Assembly: GCA_964534275.1 (NCBI GenBank)
Contig: CAZHQG010000001.1
Location: 93,540 to 157,539, forward strand
Length of the DNA stretch: 64,000 nt
DNA from: an uncultured Candidatus Binatia bacterium
GTDB lineage: Bacteria > Desulfobacterota > Binatia > HRBIN30
Reading direction: 5' to 3'
The position numbers and the translations under genes were made by a program. This document shows, in pieces, positions 36,096 to 47,303 of this stretch. The stretch's first letter is position 1. Every line of letters begins with the position of its first letter. Under the pieces are notes generated by a model. That model worked only from the letters and a program-made list of their open reading frames with translations, did not search any database and was not told where the DNA came from.

Positions 36096-36713
36096 TTAGG
36101 CAGTTTGCTGAGATTGTAGGGAGTTCCAAAGTTCTTCCAGTCGAGCCCGCCCGTCGCGGAACACAGGCCATCCGTCGCCGACCAGCACGGCGTCGACGCG
36201 AGGGAGCTGCAGGAGGCGCGCTACTGATTGGCGAGCCTGATGCGGGTCGCGCAATTTGGTGTCCGGCAGCAAACAAAGCCAACCCGCGCGATGGCAGCGC
36301 ACCAAGTCGCCGGTCACGAGGGTATCGGGCGCAATCCACAAGGCGAGTTCACCGGGGGTTTTCGAACCGTGGAGTTCCAGAACAAGCAGACCCGGCACGA
36401 GTTCCTCTCCGTCGCCAAGCCAACGTTGGCAAGGTAGGGGAAAGGTTTCTGCTTCTGCTCGAGGCCCAGCAATCCGCGCCCCCGTTTCCTGGGCAAGTGC
36501 GCCGGCGGCACGCACGTGGTCCGAATTCGTGCAAACGATCCATTCCACTCCGCCAAGCCGCTGCAGGTGGGCACGATCGTGGGCAGTCAATGGCAGCGGA
36601 TCGATCGCCACATTTCCTTCGGGGCGAACCCACAGCACGGAGTGAAAATCCAAATCGCGTTCTTCGTTGAATTGCGACCAGCCGTACAGGTCGTCCCGGT
36701 GCAATCGTTTCAT
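36096..36713 (-). CDS. MBL-fold metallo-hydrolase (ATG start at MKRLH; the track ORF's TTG extension to 36749 is rejected)
   Basis: The TNSDHVRAAG (HxHxDH-like) and HGSKTPGELALW motifs are present. Confidence 0.65.
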   Translation of the reverse strand: MKRLHRDDLYGWSQFNEERDLDFHSVLWVRPEGNVAIDPLPLTAHDRAHLQRLGGVEWIVCTNSDHVRAAGALAQETGARIAGPRAEAETFPLPCQRWLGDGEELVPGLLVLELHGSKTPGELALWIAPDTLVTGDLVRCHRAGWLCLLPDTKLRDPHQARQSVARLLQLPRVDAVLVGDGWPVFRDGRARLEELWNSLQSQQTA

Positions 36714-36717
36714 CCGT

Positions 36718-37917
36718 TCAATCGTGCTCTGCCAGTTCGAGCTTGGCAATCTGGTTGCGGTGCACTTCGTCGGGACCGTCAGCGATCCGCAACGTGCGGG
36801 CCCCGGCGTAAGCGTACGCTAACCCGAAGTCGTCGCACACTCCTGCAGCACCGTGGGCTTGGATCGCCCAATCGATGACTTGCAACGCCATGTTGGGGGC
36901 AGCGACCTTGATCATCGCGATTTCCTTGCGAGCGGCCTTGTTGCCTACGGTGTCCATCATGTACGCCGCTTTGAACACGAGCAGGCGTGCCTGTTCGATC
37001 CGAATGCGCGCCTCGGCAATGCGCTCGAGAGTGACGGTTTGCTCCGCGAGAGGTTTGCCGAACGCAACGCGCCGCTTCACTCGCTTGCACATTGCGTCCA
37101 GCGCACGTTCGGCGAGGCCGATGAGCCGCATGCAGTGATGGATGCGGCCAGGGCCGAGTCGTCCTTGCGCAATTTCGAAACCCCGGCCCTCGCCGAGCAA
37201 AATGTTGCTGGCCGGCACGCGGACATCTTCGAACACGACCTCTCCGTGCCCGTGAGGGGCGTCGTCGTAGCCAAACACCGGTAAGTGGCGCACGATACGT
37301 ACACCCGGCGTGTCGCGTGGCACCAGGATTTGCGACTGTTGCTGGTGCCGTGGGGCGTCGGGATTCGTTTTCCCCATCACGATGAGAAGCTTGCAGTTGG
37401 GGTGCAGCACTCCCGACGTCCACCACTTGCGGCCATTGATGACGTAAAAGTCTCCGTCCCGACGGATGCTGCACTGAATGTTCGTAGCGTCGGACGAGGC
37501 GACATCGGGCTCCGTCATCGCAAATGCCGAGCGGATCTCGCCCGCGAGCAATGGCTCCAGCCATTGTTGCTGCTGCTCGGGCGTGCCGTAGCGATCGAGG
37601 ATCTCCATGTTTCCGGTGTCGGGAGCGGCACAGTTGAACACCTCCGGCGCAATGTGCGAGCGGCCCATGATTTCGCAAAGCGGCGCGTATTCGAGATTCG
37701 TCAACCCAGGCCCCCGCGGGCTGTGGGAGAGGAACAAATTCCACAGTCCAGCCGCCCGCGCTTTGGCTTTGAGTTCTTCCATGATCGGCGGCTGCGCCCA
37801 GCGGTTTGCCTGGAGTTGCTCGTGATAGACGCGCTCGGCTGGGTAAACGTACTCTTGCATGAATTCTTCCAGCCGGCGTTGCAGTTCCTGCACTTTGGGG
37901 GAAAACGAAAAGTCCAT
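36718..37917 (-). CDS. Acyl-CoA dehydrogenase (ACAD10/11/FadE-like), start at Met76 of the track ORF
   Basis: [29 protein letters not shown] ... [13 protein letters not shown] ... GRKWWTSG ... C-terminal [15 protein letters not shown]. Confidence 0.85.
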   Translation of the reverse strand: MDFSFSPKVQELQRRLEEFMQEYVYPAERVYHEQLQANRWAQPPIMEELKAKARAAGLWNLFLSHSPRGPGLTNLEYAPLCEIMGRSHIAPEVFNCAAPDTGNMEILDRYGTPEQQQQWLEPLLAGEIRSAFAMTEPDVASSDATNIQCSIRRDGDFYVINGRKWWTSGVLHPNCKLLIVMGKTNPDAPRHQQQSQILVPRDTPGVRIVRHLPVFGYDDAPHGHGEVVFEDVRVPASNILLGEGRGFEIAQGRLGPGRIHHCMRLIGLAERALDAMCKRVKRRVAFGKPLAEQTVTLERIAEARIRIEQARLLVFKAAYMMDTVGNKAARKEIAMIKVAAPNMALQVIDWAIQAHGAAGVCDDFGLAYAYAGARTLRIADGPDEVHRNQIAKLELAEHD

Positions 37918-38234
37918 CTTTGCTCCTCGTCGCGATCCAGTGGAGACGCTCGCGCGTTGGTAGTTTGTCTCCTTGCTGCCTGCAAGCAAGCGCGGCATCC
38001 AATGGGGCCAACGATGCGATTTTCGCGCCCCCGAGGAGTGCGGGGGACGATGTCCATGCACGGGGCTCGGTGCGGAGGGCACTCGCGATCGACACGAAGA
38101 GGCGAGATTCGTGGCGTTACTCGCGCGAGCAGGTGAACGCAAACGCTAATCGCACGCATGAGAAGATTAGTGCGCTGCTTCTGTTGAACGATCGTTCAGC
38201 TTTGGTAGGTATCGCCCCACAGGCGCCACGAACG

Positions 38235-38930
38235 ATGACTTGGCTTCGTGCAGCATTTCGATCGACAGTGGGCATGAAGTGGCTCATGGGCATCACCGGG
38301 CTGGTCTTGTCCGGGTTCGTGGTGGTGCACATGCTTGGCAACTTGCAAATCTACCTCGGGCCGGATGCCATCAACGGTTACGCCGAGGCCCTTCGGCACC
38401 AGCCTGCGCTACTGTGGATCGCGCGCCTGGTGCTGCTCACAGCGTTTGCACTGCACATTACGGCAGCCGTGCGCATCACCCAGCTGAACCGCGCTGCGCG
38501 CCCGCACGGGTACGAACTCTGGTCGCCCCAAGTAACCAGCTACGCCGCGCGGACGATGTTCATGGGAGGGGTGATCTTGTTTACGTTTGTGCTGTACCAC
38601 CTGGCTCACTTCACGTTTGGCGTCACCCATCCCGAGCACTTCCGGCTTCACGATGCTCAGGGCCGGCACGATGTGTACGGCATGGTCGTACTCGGCTTTC
38701 GCCAACCGCTTGTCTCGTTCTTTTACCTCCTCGCGATGATCCCCCTCATGTTGCATTTGCAGCACGGCGTCTCGAGCTTTCTTCAGACCTTTGGCCTCAA
38801 TCATCCGCGGTACAACCGTGTCATCCGGCTTCTCGGGCCGGTCGTGGGACTCATCGTGTTTCTCGGCAACTGCTCGATCCCGTTGGCGGTGCTCGCGGGG
38901 TGGATTCCCTATCCCGTGGTGGGACGGTGA
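38235..38930 (+). CDS. sdhC: Succinate dehydrogenase/fumarate reductase cytochrome b subunit (single-subunit, 5-TM, b558 type)
   Basis: It lies immediately upstream of sdhA/sdhB. Five hydrophobic helices carry conserved His residues (HMLGN, HITAAV, HLAHF, HLQHG). Confidence 0.75.
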   Translation: MTWLRAAFRSTVGMKWLMGITGLVLSGFVVVHMLGNLQIYLGPDAINGYAEALRHQPALLWIARLVLLTAFALHITAAVRITQLNRAARPHGYELWSPQVTSYAARTMFMGGVILFTFVLYHLAHFTFGVTHPEHFRLHDAQGRHDVYGMVVLGFRQPLVSFFYLLAMIPLMLHLQHGVSSFLQTFGLNHPRYNRVIRLLGPVVGLIVFLGNCSIPLAVLAGWIPYPVVGR

Positions 38931-38941
38931 GGTGAGATGAG

Positions 38942-40855
38942 ATGATCCTGGACGGACGCGTACCTCCTGGCCCGTTGGAGCAAAAATGGGATCGCCATCG
39001 CAACGAGCTTGCGTTGGTGAACCCGGCAAACAAGCGCAAGTACCACGTGATTGTCGTGGGTACGGGCTTGGCGGGTGCGTCGGCGGCCGCGAGCCTCGCG
39101 GAGCTTGGCTACCAAGTGTCTGCGTTTTGCTTTCACGACAGCCCTCGCCGCGCGCACAGCATCGCGGCACAGGGTGGGATCAATGCGGCAAAGAACTACC
39201 AGAATGACGGCGATAGCGTGTGGCGGCTGTTTTACGACACGATCAAAGGCGGGGACTTCCGCTCGCGCGAGGCGAATGTGTACCGTCTCGCACAGGTGTC
39301 GGTGAACATCATCGACCAATGTGTGGCTCAAGGAGTGCCGTTTGCCCGCGAGTACGGTGGACTGCTTGCGAACCGTTCCTTTGGCGGCGCCCAAGTGTCG
39401 CGAACGTTTTATGCCCGGGGGCAAACCGGCCAGCAGCTTCTTTTGGGCGCGTACTCAGCCTTGTGTCGGCAAATCGGTCTCGGCCAGGTGAAGATGTACC
39501 CGCGAACGGAAATGCTGGACCTCGTGGTGGTAGATGGCCATGCAAAAGGGATCATTGCCCGCAATTTGTTGACCGGCGAGATCCAGCGACACGCCGCCGA
39601 CGCGGTGGTGCTTGCAACCGGGGGCTACGGAAACGTCTTTTACCTCTCCACCAATGCCGTGAACTCCAACGTGACCGCCACCTACCGGGCGTACAAGCGA
39701 GGGGCGTTTTTTGCGAATCCGTGTTTCACGCAGATCCATCCGACTTGCATCCCGGTGAGCGGCGAACACCAGAGCAAGCTCACGCTCATGTCCGAATCGC
39801 TCCGGAACGATGGGCGTGTTTGGGTCCCGAAAAAGAAAGGCGACACACGCCCGCCCGACCAAATCCCAGAGGAAGACCGCGATTACTACCTCGAGCGCAT
39901 GTACCCCAGCTACGGGAACCTCGCGCCACGAGACATCGCTTCACGCGCTGCCAAACGTGTGTGCGACGAAGGGCGCGGGGTTGGTCCGGGCGGTTTGGGA
40001 GTTTACCTCGATTTCAGCGACGCGATTCGGCGCTTGGGGATCGACGTGGTTCGGGAACGTTACGGGAACTTGTTCGACATGTACCGCGAAATCACGAACG
40101 AGGATCCTTACAAGGTGCCCATGCGGATCTACCCCGCCGTGCATTACACGATGGGCGGCTTGTGGGTCGATTATAACCTCATGAGCAATCTCCCCGGGTT
40201 GTTTGTCATTGGCGAGGCGAACTTCTCCGATCACGGTGCCAATCGCCTTGGGGCTAGTGCGCTCATGCAAGGGTTGGCGGATGGCTATTTCATCCTCCCG
40301 TATACCATCGGTGACTACTTAGCGCGGTCGAAGCGGCCGAAACCGAATCCCGACAGTGCGGAGTTCCGCGAGGCCGAAGAGCGCACCCGCAAGGGAATTC
40401 AGCGCTTGTTCGAGATCAACGGGAAGTACCCGGTCGACATGTTTCACCGCCAGCTAGGGAAGCTGTTGTGGGATCACTGCGGCATGTCGCGCAGCGAGGC
40501 AAGCTTGCGCCATGCGCTCGAGGAAATCCCGAAGATCCGGGAACGGTTTTGGAGAGAGGCTCGCGTCACTGGCGGCCCAGAGGGTATCAACCAAGCCTTG
40601 GAGAGGGCGGGTCGCGTGGCCGATTTTCTCGAGTTTGCCGAGCTGATGTGTCTCGATGCGCTGGAGCGGCGGGAGTCGTGTGGCGGCCACTTTCGCGAGG
40701 AGTTCCAAACCGAAGACGGCGAAGCCAAGCGCGACGACGAGAACTTTTGCCACGTAGCCGCGTGGGAATATCGGGGTCCGAACGAGCGGCCCGAGCGGCA
40801 TATCGAGCCCTTGCGATTTGAATTCGTGCAGCTCACCACCAGGAGTTACAAGTAA
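38942..40855 (+). CDS. sdhA: Succinate dehydrogenase flavoprotein subunit
   Basis: [24 protein letters not shown] (FAD Rossmann), [14 protein letters not shown] (covalent FAD His), ... [10 protein letters not shown]. Confidence 0.9.
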   Translation: MILDGRVPPGPLEQKWDRHRNELALVNPANKRKYHVIVVGTGLAGASAAASLAELGYQVSAFCFHDSPRRAHSIAAQGGINAAKNYQNDGDSVWRLFYDTIKGGDFRSREANVYRLAQVSVNIIDQCVAQGVPFAREYGGLLANRSFGGAQVSRTFYARGQTGQQLLLGAYSALCRQIGLGQVKMYPRTEMLDLVVVDGHAKGIIARNLLTGEIQRHAADAVVLATGGYGNVFYLSTNAVNSNVTATYRAYKRGAFFANPCFTQIHPTCIPVSGEHQSKLTLMSESLRNDGRVWVPKKKGDTRPPDQIPEEDRDYYLERMYPSYGNLAPRDIASRAAKRVCDEGRGVGPGGLGVYLDFSDAIRRLGIDVVRERYGNLFDMYREITNEDPYKVPMRIYPAVHYTMGGLWVDYNLMSNLPGLFVIGEANFSDHGANRLGASALMQGLADGYFILPYTIGDYLARSKRPKPNPDSAEFREAEERTRKGIQRLFEINGKYPVDMFHRQLGKLLWDHCGMSRSEASLRHALEEIPKIRERFWREARVTGGPEGINQALERAGRVADFLEFAELMCLDALERRESCGGHFREEFQTEDGEAKRDDENFCHVAAWEYRGPNERPERHIEPLRFEFVQLTTRSYK

Positions 40856-41601
40856 TGCGACTGACGTTGCGCATCTGGCGACAAAAAGACGCGGCCTCTC
40901 CCGGGGCGTTCGTCACGTACGTCAAGGACAACGTCGTTCCCGACATGTCCTTTTTGGAAATGCTGGATGCCTTGAACCGGGAACTTATCGAGCGCGGCGA
41001 GGAGCCGGTGGCATTCGAGAGCGACTGCCGGGAGGGCATTTGCGGTTCGTGTTCGCTTGTGATCAACGGCATCCCTCATGGTCCCGGACGCGGCAAGGCC
41101 AGTTGCCAGTTGTACATGCGCCACTTCCGCGATGGCGACACGATCACCGTCGAACCGTTCCGGGCCAAGCCGTTCCCGGTGCTGCGGGATTTGATTGTCG
41201 ACCGCAGCGCGTTCGATCGGATCATGCAAGCCGGCGGCTTTATTTCGGTGAATACCGGTGGTGCACCGGACGCCAACACCATCCTGGTGCCGAAACAAAA
41301 TCAGGAACTTGCGATGGACGCGGCCGCTTGCATTGGGTGCGGAGCATGTGTGGCTGCCTGCAAGAACGCATCGGCCATGTTGTTCGTGGCGGCCAAAGTT
41401 TCCCACTTGGGCTTGCTGCCGCAAGGACAACCGGAGCGTTACCGGCGCGTGCGGAACATGGTTGCGCAAATGGACAAGGAAGGCTTCGGCGCGTGCAGCA
41501 ATACGTTCGAGTGCGAAGCGGTGTGCCCGAAGCAAATTAGCGTGCGCTTTATCGCTCGCTTGAACCGCGACTACCTGCGCGCGACGTTGTTCGAGCCGTG
41601 A
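40855..41601 (+). CDS. sdhB: Succinate dehydrogenase iron-sulfur subunit
   Basis: [15 protein letters not shown] (2Fe-2S), [11 protein letters not shown] (4Fe-4S), [13 protein letters not shown] (3Fe-4S). Confidence 0.9.
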   Translation: MRLTLRIWRQKDAASPGAFVTYVKDNVVPDMSFLEMLDALNRELIERGEEPVAFESDCREGICGSCSLVINGIPHGPGRGKASCQLYMRHFRDGDTITVEPFRAKPFPVLRDLIVDRSAFDRIMQAGGFISVNTGGAPDANTILVPKQNQELAMDAAACIGCGACVAACKNASAMLFVAAKVSHLGLLPQGQPERYRRVRNMVAQMDKEGFGACSNTFECEAVCPKQISVRFIARLNRDYLRATLFEP

Positions 41602-41610
41602 GCCCCGAGG

Positions 41611-43005
41611 TTATGGGAGCTCCCGAATGAGCTCGACCAACCTGCGCGTCCCCTCGCGTAAGTTTGCGCGACTGATGCGCTCGTCGACACCGTGCATGCC
41701 TTGTAAGTCCGACTCGGTCAGCACGAACGGCGCGAACCCGTAGCTGGGAATGCCGCGCTCACGGAAGTAATGGCTATCCGTAAACCCCGTGAGCACCGCA
41801 GGTACCGCACGTCCCTTTTCTTTGCGGGCAAGTGCCTCGATCGTTTGGTACAGCACGGCGTCGGTCGGTGAGGCCGACGGCGGAAAATGCAGCAGCGTTT
41901 CCACTTGGATGGTCGGATCGCCGACCAACTCGACGACGCGGCGAACAAAGGACTCAGGATCGCTGCCCGGGAGCAACCGGCAATCGAGTTCCGCCGTGGC
42001 CGACGCCGGGATGACGTTGGTTTTTTGCCCAGCGTGGATGACGGTGACCGCCAACGTATCCTGCACCAGCGCGGATTGCCGCGGCTCGAGCAAAAATTGT
42101 TGCCGAAACGGCTCGTTCTGCAGCGCGGCCCGCAGGTCGACGAAGTGCTTCGCTTGCTCCCCAACTTGAAAGGGAGCTAGCGCCGCAAAGTATCGCTGGA
42201 CTTCCTCGGTGACGCGAACCTCCGGCGCCGCGGCAACGATGCGAGCAAGTGCGCGGACGAGCTTCGTGACGGCTGTCTCCGCCGGCGGGGTGGAGCCGTG
42301 TCCGGGTTTCCCGTGCGCAGTCAAGCGCAACCATAACGGGGTCTTTTCGGCGACGGCCACCTCGAACGCTAGCTCACCCGATGGCGTGGGTCGGATATGC
42401 CCACCTTCGTTCAGTACGAACGCAACGGGCCCGAGCTGGGGCAACAACTTCTCTACGAACCAGCCTGCCCCGAGCTTACCACCGGCCTCCTCGTCCGGCG
42501 TCGCGAGGAACACGACGTCGCGGGCCGGTTGCGCGCCATGGCGATGGAGCAGCAGCACGGCCAGCGCTTGCACGACGCCCAAGCCCTTGGCGTCCACGGC
42601 GCCGCGCCCGTACACGTACCCATTTTCTTGAACGCCGCCGAAGGGTGGGTGCTTCCATTCTTCCGGCCGAGCCGGCACGACGTCGAGATGATGCAACAAA
42701 AGCAACGCGCCTTTCTTGGTGCGGCCCGGCAACCGGACCCACACACCTCCCCGACCAGGGGCGGTTTCGAATACATGGGGTTCGAGCTTGGCGGCGCGGA
42801 ACACGCGCTCCCAAAAATGCGCGGCGGCAAGTTCTTCGCCAGGCGGGTTGCTTGTGTCGATGCGCAACGACTCGCTGAGAAGCGTTGCGGCCTCGGTCTC
42901 TGCGGCTTCCCAGTCGATGTCCTGGCCGATACACGGTAGCGCCAGGATTCCAGCAGCGATGAAGGCGCTAACAAGAAACACGACCTGGCAACATCGTCCT
43001 TTCAT
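41611..43005 (-). CDS. M20/M28-family metallopeptidase, secreted or membrane-anchored (start at Met30; ATGA overlap with the upstream VOC gene)
   Basis: MKGRCCQVVFLVSAFIAAGILALP, then LLLHHLDVVPA ... GRGAVDAKG ... ATPDEEAGG. Confidence 0.75.
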   Translation of the reverse strand: MKGRCCQVVFLVSAFIAAGILALPCIGQDIDWEAAETEAATLLSESLRIDTSNPPGEELAAAHFWERVFRAAKLEPHVFETAPGRGGVWVRLPGRTKKGALLLLHHLDVVPARPEEWKHPPFGGVQENGYVYGRGAVDAKGLGVVQALAVLLLHRHGAQPARDVVFLATPDEEAGGKLGAGWFVEKLLPQLGPVAFVLNEGGHIRPTPSGELAFEVAVAEKTPLWLRLTAHGKPGHGSTPPAETAVTKLVRALARIVAAAPEVRVTEEVQRYFAALAPFQVGEQAKHFVDLRAALQNEPFRQQFLLEPRQSALVQDTLAVTVIHAGQKTNVIPASATAELDCRLLPGSDPESFVRRVVELVGDPTIQVETLLHFPPSASPTDAVLYQTIEALARKEKGRAVPAVLTGFTDSHYFRERGIPSYGFAPFVLTESDLQGMHGVDERISRANLREGTRRLVELIRELP

Positions 43006-43406
43006 TCCGCCGTCTCCTTGAGTTCGACGACGTAGCCGTCGGGATCGCGGACATAGACCGACCAGCCCCAGCCGCGTGCTCCCATGCGCCATGCAGGTGT
43101 TTCATCAACCACCTGCACGCCCGCACCACGCAAGGCGGGAATCAGGTCCGCCACTGCGCCGCGGACGCCAATGCAGAAGTGGAGAAACCCGTTGTTTGCC
43201 TCGGGGCCAGGTCCGGCAAACGTCGGATCGGGAACCAGATCCAGCAGTTGCTCGCCAATGCGCACCGACACAAAAGGGCGCTGGCCGCTGCGATACTCGT
43301 CGAGAAAGAGCACCTCGAGACCCAAAAGCGAGCGGTAAAATGCGAGCGAGCGTTCCAGGTCGCGAACGCGGAGGACAAAATGGTCGAGATGGGTGACGTG
43401 GATCAT
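43002..43406 (-). CDS. VOC/glyoxalase-bleomycin-resistance family protein
   Basis: IHVTHLDHFVLRVRDLERSLAFYRSLLGLEV ... DPDGYVVEL. Confidence 0.75.
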   Translation of the reverse strand: MIHVTHLDHFVLRVRDLERSLAFYRSLLGLEVLFLDEYRSGQRPFVSVRIGEQLLDLVPDPTFAGPGPEANNGFLHFCIGVRGAVADLIPALRGAGVQVVDETPAWRMGARGWGWSVYVRDPDGYVVELKETAE

Positions 43407-43491
43407 GACCCGAGCCGTGTTTCGGCCAACGTTAGCTAGCCTGTTCCACAGGTGCGTTGCAAATCTTGACCAGGCTGCCTAGCAGCGGCGC

Positions 43492-44352
43492 ATGTCAGGC
43501 GAGGCGTTGGCCGCCGTTTTGTTGTCGTCGTTTCTGCACGCACTGTGGAACCTGTTCAACAAGGGGAGTCGCGATCGCTGGGCGTTTTTCCTCGCCCAAG
43601 GTGTAGTGGCTGCTTTGGCGTACTTTCCGCTGGCCGCTTGGATCGTGTGGTCCTACGGGCTGCCTGCTGGGGCGTGGCCGTGGGTGGTTCTTTCCGCTTT
43701 GGTGCATGCTGCGTACGCGGTGTACCTGCTCCGTGCTTACGATGCTGGGGACCTTTCCGTCGCGTATCCACTAAGTCGCACTGCCCCGGTGTTGCTGGTG
43801 TTGTGGGACGTCCTCGTGGCACGCGAGCCAGTGAACGGTGCGGGGGTTGCGGGTGCGCTTTTGGCGGGAGGTGGTGTGGTGGTGTTGCAGTGGCCGGCCG
43901 TGCGGACGCACGGACTTCGTTGGGTGTTCGCCGCACCGGTCACGCGCTATGCCCTCATCACGGCTGTGTTCGTGGCGACGTTTAGCGTGATCGACAAGCA
44001 AGGTGTGCGCGTCGTGCATCCGCTCGCGTTTTTGTACTGCGCAAGCTTGGGTGAAACAGCAGTCATTGCGTTTCTCTTGGGGCAAGCGCGAACGCAGCGG
44101 CTGCGAGCAGAATGGCAGCGGAACGCGCCTCGGGTGGCGGCCACCGGCATTCTTGGGGGCTTTTCGTATCTGTTGATTCTGTGGGCGCTGGCAGCGGCGC
44201 CGGCGAGCTACGTTTTGGGGCTTCGCCAATGCAGCATCGTGTTCGGCGTGATTCTCGCGCACTTCGTCCTACGTGAGATGGAAACGCGTTACCGTCTCGT
44301 GGGCGCAGCCGTTATCGCGCTCGGTAGCGCGCTGATTGCTGCTTACGGCTGA
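43492..44352 (+). CDS. EamA/DMT-superfamily transporter (10 TM)
   Basis: It is hydrophobic throughout, with two EamA-like halves. Confidence 0.6.
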   Translation: MSGEALAAVLLSSFLHALWNLFNKGSRDRWAFFLAQGVVAALAYFPLAAWIVWSYGLPAGAWPWVVLSALVHAAYAVYLLRAYDAGDLSVAYPLSRTAPVLLVLWDVLVAREPVNGAGVAGALLAGGGVVVLQWPAVRTHGLRWVFAAPVTRYALITAVFVATFSVIDKQGVRVVHPLAFLYCASLGETAVIAFLLGQARTQRLRAEWQRNAPRVAATGILGGFSYLLILWALAAAPASYVLGLRQCSIVFGVILAHFVLREMETRYRLVGAAVIALGSALIAAYG

Positions 44353-45175
44353 GCCTCGCGATGATCAGGGCAATGGCGAATACGAACGCAGGCCACCCTG
44401 GAGGTGCTGCCCCGGTGACCATTTGGCAGCCTTGGGAAGGGGTGGGCTGGGGCGGGCCCGGCTCCGGCGGGTAAATTGCCTGCAACCCCGCGATGTCGTC
44501 GGGCTGGAGGCGGTCGATGTTGCTTACCCGCGAGTTCATGATGGCGACGACTGTCTGCGGCGGAGTGGCTTCGTCGGGATGCGCCAAGCCAAGAACGTGT
44601 CCGATTTCGTGCAGCAACACACGGCGGATGTCGTACACGGGTTCGGGAACGCCGGTGGAAACGTCGAACCGGATCGGCCCGTCGTACGCGTTCCAGCGCA
44701 CACGCGCGTTTACGAACACCGGTGCATTCACCATCGTGCCCGTGTCTGGCCGATAGCAGTTGTTGGTGAGCTCGATGATGTCACCAAAATCGCGCCCGCA
44801 GAAATCGTTGGCAAACAGCACCGGGTTATCGCCAGCAGGTCCGGTATTGTCGCAGGCGTGGTTTGGACCTTGCCTGCCGCACGGGTCGAAAAAGCTGCCC
44901 CCCACCTGCACCTGGGTCCGCACCTTGGCGTTTTGCGCGTTCCACTCGTTCGCGGCGAGGATCGTGTTTTCGTCCCATGTGCGTGTACCATTGAGCAGCG
45001 GGCCGCGCGCTGGCGCACCGAGGAACGACTTCAAGGTCACCGCTCCGTTTGGCCAGTAAATGCAGCGGCTTCCGGGGTTACTGGGATTCACGCGGATGCA
45101 TGCCCACCCGAGTGCACTGCGTGGGTCGGCAGCGACAAGCGCGACAACGGCTAGGGCAATGAGCTTTGCGTTCAC
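44312..45175 (-). CDS. Secreted zinc metalloprotease (metzincin, HExxHxxGxxH) with C-terminal Cys-TM-basic tail (GTG start at VNAKL; the ORF is open to 45223)
   Basis: Signal peptide (M)NAKLIALAVVALVAA. HEIGHVLGLAHPD motif. The C-terminus reads PPEPGPPQPTPSQGCQMVTGAAPPGWPAFVFAIALIIARLSRKQQSARYRAR. Confidence 0.75.
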   Translation of the reverse strand: MNAKLIALAVVALVAADPRSALGWACIRVNPSNPGSRCIYWPNGAVTLKSFLGAPARGPLLNGTRTWDENTILAANEWNAQNAKVRTQVQVGGSFFDPCGRQGPNHACDNTGPAGDNPVLFANDFCGRDFGDIIELTNNCYRPDTGTMVNAPVFVNARVRWNAYDGPIRFDVSTGVPEPVYDIRRVLLHEIGHVLGLAHPDEATPPQTVVAIMNSRVSNIDRLQPDDIAGLQAIYPPEPGPPQPTPSQGCQMVTGAAPPGWPAFVFAIALIIARLSRKQQSARYRAR

Positions 45176-45822
45176 TCGGGCTCCTTTGCCTCTGCTGGCC
45201 GTTGCAGCTCGTCTCGGATCCACTCGCGAAACTGATCGAGTGGAACCCCGCGGGCGGTGTCAGACGTTTTCCGCGGGAATCGTAAGGCTCGTCGGGAACG
45301 CCCAATGACCGGCAGCCCGTCGCTGCGAACCACGCGTGGGGTGCCGCGATCGTCCGGTACCACCCGGAAGTAGCCCTGATGCACGCCGACCACAGGAAAC
45401 ACGGCGTGGCCATTTCCACGCACGAACAACAGCACCCGGTCTCCAACCACAAACCTTGGCAAATCGAGAATCTCGGCGCGAAAGCCGCCCTTGGTTCCTC
45501 CGGCAATATCGAGCATGAACTCCGAGGAGTCAGGAACGCCTTTGTGAACGAGCAGATCGGACAAGCGTACCAAGGTCCGCTGAATACCTCGTTCGTCCGG
45601 TGCTTCTTCGATGCGCGTCACCGTGCCCTCCAAAATCAGGTCGGCCCTTGCAACGAGCTCGGAAAAGTCGCGCTCCGCAACTACGAGCGCCTGGGCTGCC
45701 GCTGCGCAAACGAGGAACCATGCGAAGGAGGCACCGCGGAACACGCGTAACACGGGCGCCAAACTAGCAAGGGGATTGGCGAACGGCCAGAACAAAAATG
45801 GGTAGCGGGACTTAGTAGCCAA
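45172..45822 (-). CDS. Secreted hypothetical protein
   Basis: Signal peptide FAWFLVCAAAAQALVVA. I recognise no catalytic motif. Confidence 0.45.
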   Translation of the reverse strand: MATKSRYPFLFWPFANPLASLAPVLRVFRGASFAWFLVCAAAAQALVVAERDFSELVARADLILEGTVTRIEEAPDERGIQRTLVRLSDLLVHKGVPDSSEFMLDIAGGTKGGFRAEILDLPRFVVGDRVLLFVRGNGHAVFPVVGVHQGYFRVVPDDRGTPRVVRSDGLPVIGRSRRALRFPRKTSDTARGVPLDQFREWIRDELQRPAEAKEPE

Positions 45823-47278
45823 GTTGGCGGAGCGCTTCTGCTTCGTGTGGTGCGAGAGTCGCTGCCGGGTGGCTCGCTGGGCCTGCGAACGGGCAGCGCC
45901 GCTCGTGCGCTTCGACCAATTGGCGCATGCGCGCGAGTTCCTCGGGTGCCTCGTGTTTGCGGTCGCGTTGCTCCGCGGGGGCGCTGGTCAGGTGGAACAA
46001 CTCCTCGTGCTCGAGTCGGTCCCCCGTGGGAAGCGGAGGCAGGGTGCCAGATTGGCGCAAACGTTCTTCGATTTGGCTGGACTGGGCTCGAGCCTCCGGA
46101 GCAAGCCACCGGCGGGCTGCGATGTATTTCCACTCCCCGCGCCAAAGCGCTCGGACAACGTTTCGTTCCGCAATGCCGAGCTCGCTGAAGCGTAGGCGTT
46201 CCCCGAGAGGCCGAGCGCCGAGGCCCACCTTGGCCGGAGCAAACAGCACTTCGCCGTCGTCGGCCGAGCCGCGCAGGCCGACCAGTTGGCGGAGGGTGGG
46301 AGCGACATCCACCAGGGATGCTGGTTGCGGTGAGTGTTCAGGTCGGATGACCCCGGGTGCCCACAATAAGAGGGGTACCCGTACGCTTTCCTGATACAGG
46401 GTCCATGCGTGCTCCACGAAGCCGTGCTCGAGAAACTCCTCTCCGTGATCCGCAGTGAGTACGACTAATAGCCGGCGTCCGGTGTCGCGCGCGCGAAGAC
46501 CCGCAAACAGTTCCTTCAGCGCCAAATCCGTGTGGGCGATTTCCGCATCGTAGCGTCGCACGAGCTCGTGAAAGCGGGGGTCGCCAATACCGAACCCTGA
46601 GCGACGCAGCTCGGGCAGGTGCGGGCGGATGTCGCGATACAAGTCGAGCGCATCGGCTTCCGGGGCGAACGCTTCGAAACGGGCGAGCACTTCCGCTGGC
46701 GGATCGTAGGGGCCGTGCGGATCCAAGTAGTGCAAGTACAAAAACAGCGGCTGGGCTCGTGGCTCTTGCCAAAGCTCGATCGCTCGCCGGGTAAGTTGTG
46801 GGCCTGCACGGCTCACGCCCCACTGGCGGGCGAGATGCTCCACGTGGTGGAAACCACGCGCAAAGGCCGGATCCGACAACATGGTCGTGAGGGTGAGCAT
46901 GACTGTTCGGTACCCAGCATTGGCAAAGTCTTCGGCAAGCGTGGTCGAGGAGTCCTTGGGTGTCGCGTTCCAACCGACGGCGCCAATGCAGCTCGGCCAG
47001 CGCCCGGTGAACAGCGCGGCTACGGATTCGCGTGTGAACGACGACGGCGCGACCGTGTTCGTGAACACCGCCGACTCGGCAGCGAGCTTGTCCAGGAAGG
47101 GCGACGTCGGTCGAGGGTAGCCCGAAAAACCCAGGTGATCGGCACGCAAGGTGTCGACGACGATCAGGACTACGTCAGCTCCGCGAAGCGGCGCCGGTTC
47201 TGTGTGAGTTTGGCAACCCGCGCAAATCGTTAGTGCCAGCGCTAGCGCCGTGCGCGCGATCGAACGCAACGGACACAC
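45812..47278 (-). CDS. Sulfatase-family protein (alkaline-phosphatase superfamily), probable lipoprotein. The GTG start is estimated near 47278; the ORF is open to 47497
   Basis: The signal RSIARTALALALTICAGC precedes VDTLRADHLGFSGYPRPTSPFLDKLAAESAVFTN and the C-T/SxPSR-like region TRESVAALFTGRWP. Confidence 0.7.
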   Translation of the reverse strand: MCPLRSIARTALALALTICAGCQTHTEPAPLRGADVVLIVVDTLRADHLGFSGYPRPTSPFLDKLAAESAVFTNTVAPSSFTRESVAALFTGRWPSCIGAVGWNATPKDSSTTLAEDFANAGYRTVMLTLTTMLSDPAFARGFHHVEHLARQWGVSRAGPQLTRRAIELWQEPRAQPLFLYLHYLDPHGPYDPPAEVLARFEAFAPEADALDLYRDIRPHLPELRRSGFGIGDPRFHELVRRYDAEIAHTDLALKELFAGLRARDTGRRLLVVLTADHGEEFLEHGFVEHAWTLYQESVRVPLLLWAPGVIRPEHSPQPASLVDVAPTLRQLVGLRGSADDGEVLFAPAKVGLGARPLGERLRFSELGIAERNVVRALWRGEWKYIAARRWLAPEARAQSSQIEERLRQSGTLPPLPTGDRLEHEELFHLTSAPAEQRDRKHEAPEELARMRQLVEAHERRCPFAGPASHPAATLAPHEAEALRQLGY

Positions 47279-47303
47279 GGTGCCACGCCAGCTCCTGCGC
47301 GGC

